DNA of 64,000 nt from Macrostomum hystrix (taxonomy: Eukaryota; Animalia; Platyhelminthes), in NCBI GenBank assembly GCA_950097015.1, contig CATNEN010000001.1:14074001-14138000 (forward strand), written 5' to 3'. This document shows, piece after piece, positions 37,180 to 47,399 of this stretch. Each line of letters starts with the position of its first letter. The first letter of the stretch is position 1. A program made the position numbers and the translations under genes. The notes under the pieces are model-generated. The model was not told the origin of the DNA. It worked only from the letters and a program-made list of their open reading frames with translations, and made no database searches.

Positions 37180-37367
37180 GTCACAGGACTTGAACGGCCA
37201 AAAGAGGAAGGAGCAGCTCAAATAAAAACGGATAAACTGATGACTGGTCTCCCACCACAGACAGAAGGAAAGCCTTATCTTATCCATTTGGTCTGTGCTC
37301 CCAGAGACTTCTAGAAATAACAAGTCTGTGTGCTCCCCTCCCCACCCCACTTGATCGGTCCCACCCA
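37180..37367. repeat. Direct repeat flanking the SET gene (partner at 39405-39562)
   Basis: GTCACAGGACTTGAAC.GCCAAAAGAGGAAGGAGCAGCTCAAATAAAAAC...CCACCACAGACAGAAGGAAAGCCTTA in both. Confidence 0.85.
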
Positions 37368-37438
37368 AACCCGTTCAGAGTCATTACACAGGAAATTATT
37401 TTGCGATTTATTTTCATCACAAAAGTATTTAATATTTC

Positions 37439-38893
37439 ATGGATATGAGTGATCAGTGGCTAATATCTGACTGCGGAAGTGCAGACACAGCAGCGCCCGG
37501 TTTAAAAATTCGTTTAAAGCGCGTATCGACCGCCCTCAATGAGGTGAGAATTCAGAGGCAGCAAATTATTTGAGATTGTAAAAAGTTTACAACTTTTCCT
37601 TTATTCTTTTGTTATATTTCTATTGTACACTCACGTATTGCACGCATACATTGCCAGACTTCCCAACGCGCTGATCAGGTCAGGGTGACCTGCGAAACTG
37701 GCCCGGGACTTATAGTCCGATTCAAGCGACATTCTTGCGCAATTCCATCAACGGCTGAACTTCAGGTGAATGAGAACGTATGTTACCTGACCTGCCTGTT
37801 CATAAACTTGTCCTTCTAAGTATTCTCCTTCTCCCCTCTGCAACTATAATCTCCCACTATAATCTTTGCATGTAGGCCCCGCGTCTTAATTTCTGTTATG
37901 CACATTCTCATGTCTCATGAGAAAAAATTAAAGATGTTTAATTTTTCAGACTAACAAACGCGCTGTCCCTGAGGTCAACGTCGAATTATCCTTCTCCGAC
38001 AGCGAGGAAGAGGGCGAAGGCAACTCACGCGTGGATCAATCTTTACGAATCGCCCTAGCAGTATGTCGATTAGAGGTTCGTCAATCAATTGAGTGCGATT
38101 GGATGGTGTGGCTGTATAAAGCTGATTTAGGGGCAAAGTTTCCTTTTCTGTAATCGTTTTTCTTTGAGTAACTTAATGAGAGAGGAGAGGATTAAGAGGG
38201 AGTAAAAAGTAGAGGCCGATTAAGTGAGATGAGATGCAAACGAGATGTCAGCAAGCAAGTGAAATGTGAGAGAGGTGATGGAGAGAAGGGCGATTTAGAA
38301 GCATGAAAAAAACAAATTAAATCGTGTTTAACTGCACCCCCGCACAGCCTTTGCCTGACCCGACCGTTAAGAAGAGGCCGGCTCAGAGGCTCAGCCGATC
38401 TAGTGTCGATTATCGTCCCCCGACATCCACTAGAGATACAACCGAGCGCATACTGGGCATCAACGGGAAGACAGACACCGCGATCGCTGTTGCACCTGCG
38501 GGCGAGAAGGGACTGGGCGCCTTTGCGAGAATCAACCTAGCTGCGGGGGCGTTTGTCGATGAATTCGCCGGAATCCTGCTGAACGAACAGGAAGCGATTA
38601 GACGCGAATGTGAACCTAACTCCGACTGGATGCTATTTGAGTTTAAAGTTAACGGCAAATTATGGGTAATTGACGCCAGCAACAGTGATGGATTGGGAAG
38701 GTACCTGAACCATTTTTCTACTGCTCCCAACTGTAAAGCAAAGCTCATTATTATCGACCAGGGGCTGCGACCCGTCATTTATTTCGTGACAAATAAATTT
38801 GTTGCAACGGGCACAGAACTGACGTTCGACTATACGACTGGTAGAGGTATCGATAATGATGATCTTGTGAAGAACCCATGGCTTCGAGACTAG
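37439..38893 (+). CDS. SETD8/PR-Set7-like SET-domain lysine methyltransferase: join(37439..37543,37658..37765,37950..38060,38348..38893), 289 aa
   Basis: KGLGAFA, IDAS, LGRYLNH, PNC, ELTFDY and C-terminal NPWL align by eye with KMT5A; three phase-0 GT-AG introns; AATAAA near 38990. Confidence 0.85.
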
Positions 38894-39920
38894 AAAGACA
38901 CGCATGTTATTATGACTCGTCGCTTAGTTTATTTTGCTAAATCTTTAATCATGTAACAATATGTTTTATTATGTATATTCTTTATTACAAATAAAGCAAT
39001 GGCGCATTGAGAAAATTGTTACTTTTCTGAAAAGTTTCTCGGAATTTGTGTCCTAATTTTTTTAATCGCTTAATGTACTCGTACTCATTGGCATAATAAA
39101 GTAATAAAGCAAACAGGATGCTCCAGAATCACTCCGCATTAATTGAAGTGCAACTACCGCTAGCCAAATGTCGGCCCCAATGCATGCCCAAATTATTTAT
39201 TTCATCATCAAGCAAGTAAATATAATTTAATAGTTTTATAACTCAGCAAATATCTTTTCCTAACAGACTGTACAAATCTGTACAAATCTGTACATATTTT
39301 TATTTTTCGAGACAAATAAGAGTATTTTAGAGGCAGAGTTCTGCGGAAGTTCGGAACTGACTCGCGCCCCCAGTCTTTTAGGGATCTAAAACCAATTGAG
39401 GTGAGTCACAGGACTTGAACAGCCAAAAGAGGAAGGAGCAGCTCAAATAAAAACTGATAAGAATATTTAGAACGTAATGCATGTGGGTCTCCCCACCACA
39501 GACAGAAGGAAAGCCTTAACTTATCAATTTGGTCTGTGCTTCCCACCCGATCAGTCCCACCCGATGTGCCACGGCGTTCCTGCATGGCTTTCGAAGTTTC
39601 GGAGAAGGGCAATGGGGAATTTATGAACAGGGACTATTTTACTTCGATAGACTTAAAGTTGTTTTAAAAAAGCTTGAAAACTTCATGATGAGCTTGAAGA
39701 TGAACTTTCCTTCATCATGAGGAAATCATTTGAAATCATGAAACCAACTCAGTCGTGTGGGAAATCATTTCTAGATTGATTTTCAATTGAATCCGACTTG
39801 ATAAACTGTGCTCAAATCTATTGGGACACCGACGACAGCCATATAGTACTGACATAGTCAGAGTTAAGATAAAATTTTCTAGGTGACTTTCCAGGTTAAT
39901 AAGTTCGAGTCAAATAAATT

Positions 39921-40713
39921 TGATGATGATCCCCCAGTTGATGATGATCCCCCAGTTGATGATGATCCCCCAGTTGATGATGATCCCCCAGTTGATGATG
40001 ATCCCCCAGTTAATGATGATCCCCCAGTTGATGATGATCCCCCAGTTGATGATGATCCCCCAGTCGAAAATGATCCCCAGTTGACCATGATCCCCAAGTT
40101 GACAATGATTCCCAGTTGACAATGATTCCCAGTTGACAATGATCCACAAGTTGACAATGATCCACAAGTTGACAATGATCACTCAGTTGATTATGATCAC
40201 CCATTTGACGATGATCCCCCATTTGATGATGATCCCCCAGTTGATGATGATCCCCCAGTTGATGATGATCCCCCAGTTGATAATGATCTCCCAGTTGATG
40301 ATGATCCCCCAGTTGATGATTATTCCCCAGTTGACAATTATCCCCCAGTTGACCAAGATCCGCCAGTTGACAATGATCACCCAGTTGACAATGATCCCCC
40401 AGTTGACCATGATCCCCAAGTTGACAAAGATTCCCAGTTGACAATGATCACTCAGTTGATTATGATCACTCAGTTGATTATGATGATTATGATCACCCAG
40501 TTGACAATGATCCCCCAGTTGACAATGATCACCCAGTTGACAATGATCCCCCAGTTGACAATGATCCCTCAGTTGACAATGATCCCACAGTTGACAATGA
40601 TTCCGAGTTGACAATGATCCAAAAGTTGACAATGATCACTCAGTTGATTATGATCACCCAGTTGACAATGATCCCCCATTTGATGATGATCCCCCAGTTG
40701 ATGATGATCCCCC
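39921..40713. repeat. 18-bp minisatellite (GATGATGATCCCCCAGTT), continuing at 47196-47231
   Basis: Visible array, split by LINE copy 2. Confidence 0.95.
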
Positions 40714-40826
40714 TTGACTTACTTGACTTATCTGCAGGGCGGTCCGACGGACGCAGCGGGGAGGCGGGAGTCGCCCATTCCGCTAATCCCTGAAAGACCC
40801 GCAATCGGCCGATGGCGCGGGGCCAG

Positions 40827-43800
40827 TCAGGGAGGTCCGTGTTCGGTCCTTCCTGCAGCTTGTTCCTCGCTGGGGAAGAAAGAGGCTCGTCTGGTAGCCC
40901 TTAGGAACCGGACGAGCCGCGGGATGTTCTCGGATCTGCAAACATCGTCCATGGATGGGTTTGGTCCGAGGTGATTAAGCCTCTCTCTGGTGAAGAAAGG
41001 GCAGTGGCAGACGAAGTGCAGGGCATCCTCGTCCTCAAGGTTGCAGAAAGGGCACAGCTCACTCCGGAGGTCTCCACGGAGGAAACAGTGTCTGGCGTAG
41101 CAGCCATGGCCCGTGAGGGTCATGGTGAGGGCCCGGATGTCCTTCCGGGTCTGGTTCAGAAGGACCTTCCGGAGCCGAGCGGATGGCACTGGAACTGCCG
41201 CTTTGGATTGGCGGCAGTTAGTGGTGCTTCTCCACCGGGTAAGATGGAGGTTGGCGGTCCAATCATTAATCTGACGATAAATGACGGTGCTCGGAATCGG
41301 AGCCGGGGGGGAGGGGCCCGGCGCAGAGCTGGCTCCTCCCTGCTTGGCCAGGTGGTCAGCAAGCTCGTTACCAGGGAAACCGGCGTGCCCTGGTATCCAC
41401 TGAAGTCTGACGGTATTCTTACCGGCCAGGTTATTGAGCTGCCGGACACAGTCGTGTGACAGAGGGCTTGCAGAGCAGCCTGACTGTCCGAGTGAAAGAT
41501 GATAGTCCTGCCTGAGATGTTTTTCTCATTCAACTCCGCAGCGCAGGAGCTGATGGCCAGGACCTCGTTCTGGAAAACGCTCGAGGATTTTCCAGTGTGT
41601 TGGGCGTGTGTGGCGACAACACGTCCGTTGATAAGGATACAGACCCCGAAGCCAGCGGAGCCATCCTTCATGGATCCGTCCGTGTAGCAGTGGACCTCCT
41701 GGGTGTTCCAGTGGTCGCTAACTTGGTCCCTGGTGGGGATGAGAACCTTAAAGCGCTGAAGGAGGTTGAGCGAGCACGGTTCACCGTCCGTAAGGACATT
41801 GATTCCGTTGCTCGCACCCAAGTCTCTCAGGCAAAGGTCCGTGTGCGGCAGGAGCTTTCGCTTCGCTGCCGCTCGTTGGGGGACGAAGCGCACACCGGCA
41901 TCAAGGAGACGCCGGGCGGTTTTTGCCGCCTCCCCGCGGATAAAGATATCGAGCGGGAGGATGTTCAAGAAGGCGTTGAGGCCATCGAAGTGGGCGGATG
42001 GCGGGGCGCTCATGATCGTCCGACATGCGCGACCTTGCACTCTCCGAAGAGTCTCATGGCAGGTCTTAAGCTGCAGGGCACTAGCCCAGATCAGTCCGGC
42101 GTACGAGACAGCCGGCCTGACCATAGCAGTGTAGATCCACCATAGGCGTTTGGGGGTGAGACCCCACGTGTTGCCCACCGCCCTGCGCAGCTGCGCCAGG
42201 ATCGCAAAGGCCTTTTTGGCTTTGGCATGGACATGAGGAGTCCAGCTGAGCCTGTGATCGAGCGTTATGCCCAGGCATTTAGTTTGCTTCTGGAAGGTGA
42301 TGTCCTTTCCATACAGCTGCAGGGGGCGAATATGCCATTTGTTTTTGCTGGTGAACATGATCGCCGCTGTCTTAGACTCGGAGAGCTTCAGACCGCAGCG
42401 AGTTGCCCATCTTTCGGCGTTGTGTATAAAGTTTTGCAGAAGGTCTCGGAGGGCCTCTGGTACCGGGCCAGATGCCACTGCCGTAACATCATCCGCATAG
42501 CCGACCTTTAGGATGGGGTCTGGCTGAGAGTCTCGTAAGAGCTCGTCGATAACCATGTTCCAGAGAACTGGTGAGAGGACGCCGCCTTGTGGGCAACCTT
42601 TGCAGACAGTGACCGTCCGCTGGTGTCCAAGAAGGTGTGCCGTAGCAGTGCGGTGGCGGACCATGTACATGATCCACCTCCTAAGATGCGAATGCGTGTG
42701 CCGCATACGTAGGGCCCTGTCAAACGCCTCGAAGAGAACGTTGTCGAAGGCCCCGTCAATATCCAGGAAGATGCTCAGGGCAAAGCCGTTCCCGAGGACG
42801 GCCTTTTCCAGAGCGTCCACCAGAGCGTGGAGAGCGCTTTCGGTGATTGCCGCTTAGTGGCATATTTTTCAGCTCCACAGAGAGGAGGCGCCAGAGCACC
42901 AATCTCTCCATCAGTTTGACCATGGTGGAGGTTAGGCTAATTGGCCGAAACGATTTAATGGAATGGTAGTCCGGGCGGCCTGGCTTGGGGATAAAAACCA
43001 CCCTCGCCTCGGTCCATGCCTTCGGAACATACCCAAGCACAATGCAAGCCTTAAGGAGCTTGCAAAGATTTGTGAGGAAGCCATGGCATTTTACCGCCTC
43101 GCGGATGAAGGCTGGTATAATGCCGTCCGGCCCCGGGGATTTGAAGGGTTTGAAAGACTGGGCTGCCTTGGTAACCCGGTCTTCAGTAATGATGGACGTC
43201 GCAAGGATATGACCTCCCTCGGTGTGATCCGGGGGGTCTGTCCCTGCTGGCACGCTGGGGAAAAAGGCTGTGAGCATAGTGTCGAGCGTTTCCCCAGGGT
43301 TCTCGGTGGGTCGGCCATCGGCCTTCCTCACCGTCGAAAGCTTGGACATTTTGTCCAGCGTGAGGGCTTTGACAATTCTGGAGGTGGGGCGAGTGCCCTC
43401 AAGCTCCTCACAGTATTGCCGCCACTTGCTGTTTTTGGCGTTTCTGACTTCCTTCTTGAAGCTATGGATGGCTTCGAGATACGCAGCCTGATCAGCCGGG
43501 TTTTTTGTCTTCGTGGCCCTGCGGTGCAGCCGCTTCGCCGTTCGACGGAGCTCGCCGAGCTGCGGATTCCACCATGGGGCCGAAGTTTTGCCTCTGTAAG
43601 CTTTGAGGGGGCAGGAGGCCTCGAAGGCGGTGGTCAGCGAGTTGGTGAGAAACTCAGCTAGCTCATCCGCTTCATCGCAGGTGTTGGCGGGGGGGCTGAG
43701 GTTCCGTTGGGTTCCTTCGAGGTTATACCTGAAGGCTTCCCAATCGGTATTCCTAGCGTTCCTTTTCCAAGTGATCTGGTTAGTGCAGCGTGCACCCGCC

Positions 43801-44477
43801 AGTTGGAAAGAGATGTATTTGTGATCGGAGAGGGAGGTCTCCGGCAGAACCTGCCACTCCCTAAGGCTCTGGTAGAGCCCAGGTGTGGCTAGAGTGGCGT
43901 CGATGACCTCAGACCACCGTCCATTGTCAAATGTCGGGGTGCTCCCTGTGTTGCAGAACTCCAGAGGCGTGGTTAGGATGTAGGCAAGGAGGTCCTCGCC
44001 TCTCGAGTTAATGTCAGAGCTCCCCCAGTGGGTGTGGTGGGCGTTTATATCGCCAGCCACCATGAGCTCATAGTTTTTGGTAGCGCAGGTTTCAGTCAGA
44101 GAGATCAGCTCCTCAGGGACTGCCGGCCTGTCGCCCGGTAAATAAACCGATGCGATTAAGACGGTTTTGCCTGGGAGGATGCTCTCCGTCTGGATGACAC
44201 AGGTGTCCCGATCAGAAAGGTCGGGTCTGTACCAGGCGTTGAGGGAGTCTCTCACGAGGATGCACGCCCTGGGATTTTGGTTCTCCCGGTGACGGCTGTT
44301 GTAGAAGCAGTGATACCCATTGGGTACATTTTGAGGCTTACCTTTATGAGTCCACGGCTCCTGGACGAGGATGAGACCCGGCGTGTTGAGCTCGACATAG
44401 CGCATCAGGTTGACGGATGCAGCTATGCAGTGTTGCAGGTTGACCTGCAGGCAGGTAGTCCCAGTCTGGCCGATCAT
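40827..44477 (-). pseudogene. ORF2 (APE-RT-RNase H-CCHC) broken by two short deletions (~42845 and ~41452)
   Basis: Collinear with copy-1 ORF2 but split over frames; the QHAFRAGRS and SRSRTTL equivalents are missing. Confidence 0.9.
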
Positions 44478-46060
44478 GGTCCAGCGGGAGACTCCTTGAG
44501 CAGCTCGTCCTCCTCAGACGGGGTCGGGCTGCAGACCTCCATGAGTAGCGGCGCGCCCGCATCCGCTGTGGAGGGAACGGCGGGAATCGCTGCGGAGAGC
44601 TGCTGCTCTGACCGCTGCGTGTCCCGGCCGCTCCACCCAACAACGGTGCAGTCGCTGCCATCACTCGACGCCTCGCCCTCGGGGGTCGGGTCCGTGTGGA
44701 TGGCAGCCTCCTTCCGGTGAGGGAGGTCCTCAGACCAGTCGGTGGCCACCGCTCCGTGGGTCCCGGCACTCTGCGGCTGGCTAGGGGGGGAGGAGGTTTG
44801 CGCTTTTGCAGCGCGGGAGCGCTCCAGGTGCTCTTTGAGCGTCCGGGCTTCGCTGAGCGCCCGCAAGACCAGGCCCGATTTGCGGTTGTTGCGGGCTGGT
44901 CTACGATCTCGGGGGCCGGATTCGGCGACGCGGATATTTTTGCCCGGGCGGGGGTCCACGGACGTCGCATGCCCCTTAGCTGGCGGAGCTTTCGCCCCAG
45001 GGCCAGGAGCGGCCCGCTTGTTTTCCGGTCCCTCCCCGGCCTTCCTCTCCTGACAATCCAGGATGGTCAGCGGGTAGAGTCCCGGTTTGATCACGCTCTT
45101 GTGAGGGATCCTTTTGGACCAGGCTTCGGAGAAGCCGTAGATCGCCGTGAAACCCTCCGCTCCTTTGCGGACGGTCTCGTGGCAGATCAGCCCGGAGGCT
45201 GGGAGGTCCGGGTTCATCTTCAGCAGCAGCTGCCGAAGTTGGTCCCCGGACCGGATTGAGCAGGCGTCGGGGACCCAGACGCGATGGCGTCGGGTACGTG
45301 GACGCTCAGACTCGGTGGTGCACCTCAGTCTTCCGACATCGGTGCTCCACTTGAAATCTTTAATCCGATCGCGCAGTAGACGGCTATCCCCGGCCGATTT
45401 GCACCAGAGAAGGACAGCCCCCTCCTGCGCTTCAGACCTGACAACGCTGACTGGTGTCCCTGCCAGTGCCAGGTCCGTGAGGCCCTCGTCGATGGTTTTG
45501 AGCATGCTCTTGAGCTGCTCGTCTGAGAGGTCCTGTTCCTCACCGACAACAATGATGGCCGGCTGGGCAGGCTCCCGCTTGGCTTTGGAGGCGTAAGTCT
45601 CCTTGGCCTTGCTGGCGTTGGACGTGCCAGCCTTGTGAGCGGTGGTGGCCGTGATGGCGCTGGGGGCGGCGGCTCCAGATGGCCCTGCTGCGCCTTCCAC
45701 GCTCTTCCCGTCGGCGTCGGTGCCGGCCTCGGAGATGGTGATGGCCGGCGCGGCGGTGAGGGCGGCGGATCCAGGTGGCCCGGCCGCATTTTTCGCACCC
45801 GCCTCCTGTGCAGGTGTCGGGCGCCCACCAGTCGCAGCCGCCGCAGCATTGCGGCGGCGTTCGTTGCGCTTCTGGTTGCGCCTAGCACGCGCTTCCTCCG
45901 AGCGTTTGCGTTTGCGGCTCGGGTTGCGCTTATTTTGGTCGACGATTCCGGTGGCGGGATTCTCAGACCCACCGGCTACACCGAGGACGTGGGACCTGCC
46001 AGTGGCAGCGTCCGGAGCGGCCGAGTTTTCGGTTTCGATAGAAGAAATGGGCGAGGCCAT
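44474..46060 (-). CDS. ORF1 of copy 2; its stop overlaps the ORF2 start (ATGA)
   Basis: First ATG (MASPI) at 46060; HRVWVP..LRQLLLKMNPDLP..GLI motif. Confidence 0.85.
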   Translation of the reverse strand: MASPISSIETENSAAPDAATGRSHVLGVAGGSENPATGIVDQNKRNPSRKRKRSEEARARRNQKRNERRRNAAAAATGGRPTPAQEAGAKNAAGPPGSAALTAAPAITISEAGTDADGKSVEGAAGPSGAAAPSAITATTAHKAGTSNASKAKETYASKAKREPAQPAIIVVGEEQDLSDEQLKSMLKTIDEGLTDLALAGTPVSVVRSEAQEGAVLLWCKSAGDSRLLRDRIKDFKWSTDVGRLRCTTESERPRTRRHRVWVPDACSIRSGDQLRQLLLKMNPDLPASGLICHETVRKGAEGFTAIYGFSEAWSKRIPHKSVIKPGLYPLTILDCQERKAGEGPENKRAAPGPGAKAPPAKGHATSVDPRPGKNIRVAESGPRDRRPARNNRKSGLVLRALSEARTLKEHLERSRAAKAQTSSPPSQPQSAGTHGAVATDWSEDLPHRKEAAIHTDPTPEGEASSDGSDCTVVGWSGRDTQRSEQQLSAAIPAVPSTADAGAPLLMEVCSPTPSEEDELLKESPAGP

Positions 46061-46280
46061 GGCTGAAAAGCGGGTGGGGGGCTGCTCGTAACACGAGTGA
46101 GAAAAGCCCGACTGGCCGACACCCCAAGCCAGCCGGGAGCAACAGAGAGAGTGAAACACCGTTAGCGGCTGGAATACTCCCCAGCCAAAGCGCGGACCAA
46201 GGTCCGGCAAACGCCCAACAGCACGGATGCACTGGGGACATTAGAGGGCACCAGATGGCCGGAAACCGGGGCCTGCGGAG

Positions 46281-46928
46281 CTGGCCGCATACCCTGTTAA
46301 GGTCGAAGGGTGACACCTTTCCCTCAGAGCCGTGGCCAGAGGTACCTGATCACGCACAGGTGCACGAATGCTGCGGACTGGCCGCATACCCTGTTAAGGT
46401 CGAAGGGTGACACCTTTCCCTCAGAGCGGTGGCCAGAGGTACCTGATCACGCACAGGTGCACGAACGCTGCGGACTGGCCGCATACCCTGTTAAGGTCGA
46501 AGGGTGACACCTTTCCCTCAGAGCCGTAGCCAGAGGTACCTGATCACGCACAGGTGCACGAACGCTGCGGACTGGCCGCATACCCTGTTAAGGTCGAAGG
46601 GTGACACCTTTCCCTCAGAGCCGTAGCCAGAGGTACCTGATCACGCACAGGTGCACGAACGCTGCGGACTGGCCGCATACCCTGTTAAGGTCGAAGGGTG
46701 ACACCTTTCCCTCAGAGCCGTAGCCAGAGGTACCTGATCACGCACAGGTGCACGAACGCTGCGGACTGGCCGCATACCCTGTTAAGGTCGAAGGGTGACA
46801 CCTTTCCCTCAGAGCCGTAGCCAGAGGTACCTGATCACGCACAGGTGCACGAACGCTGCGGACTGGCCGCATACCCTGTTAAGGTCAGAGGGTGACACCT
46901 TTCCCTCCAGCCGGGGCTAGAGGTACCC
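46281..46928 (-). repeat. 97-bp tandem repeats in the LINE 5' UTR (6 full plus 1 partial; 1 full plus 1 partial in copy 1 at ~19173-19334)
   Basis: Unit starts at 46281, 46378, 46475, 46572, 46669, 46766, 46863. Confidence 0.95.
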
Positions 46929-46967
46929 AGTTTGGCCAGAGGCCCTGGATGGGTCATCCAGCGCTGT

Positions 46968-47195
46968 TGCCCATTCTGTCCGGCAGCCCTAGGGTCAGCC
47001 TTGAACACTCGCGGGACGTGTACCCATGGGTCAGCTGACGGGACAGCGTGGAGGGATTCCTGCACCCGAAGGCACAGGGCTCCTTCCTGCCAGGCCTGCT
47101 CAAAAAGCGACTGCAGGTGTGAGGCATCGCAGACCTTAGCCCGTGGGCCTGGTCTGACTCATACCTCACAGGCGCTGTGTCCCGCCGGTGCGAGC
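46968..47195 (-). ncRNA. HDV-like self-cleaving ribozyme at the LINE 5' end (copy 2)
   Basis: Same core as copy 1; predicted catalytic C at 46978; G1 at 47195 abuts the TSD. Confidence 0.85.
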
Positions 47196-47225
47196 ATGAT
47201 GATCCCCCAGTTGATGATGATACCC

Positions 47226-47399
47226 CAGTTGGGTACCAGCATCAGCTGGGATACTTGAAAGGTGGGTGTGGCGTCCCGCCAGTCCATGGACTGAACAGCT
47301 ATAAGCAACCTTCAGATGCGCCGCGCCATAGCTGCAGCTGTGCTGTCGGCTGCACATCTGGCCCAATTGGGGCAGGTGTAATCAATTTTATTATTATTA
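47226..47399 (+). mobile_element. 5'-truncated SINE copy
   Basis: GGGTACCAGCAT...CAGTCCATGGACTG...GGGGCAGGTGTAATCAATT(ATT)n. Confidence 0.8.

Larger units (their letters stand above)
40714..47195 (-). mobile_element. Full-length LOA-like non-LTR retrotransposon (copy 2, different family)
   Basis: 13-bp TSD ATGATGATCCCCC at 40701-40713 and 47196-47208; same (TAAGTCAAG)n tail; ORF1 plus ORF2. Confidence 0.95.

Noticed and set aside
39879-40793. ORFs such as (DDPPVD)n and (WGIIIN)n
   Set aside because: Translations of the 18-bp minisatellite
46281-46928. CUGAG..GAAA and UAAC in the 97-mer as a hammerhead or twister core
   Set aside because: The CUGANGA/GAAA/UH arrangement and the twister pseudoknots cannot be completed
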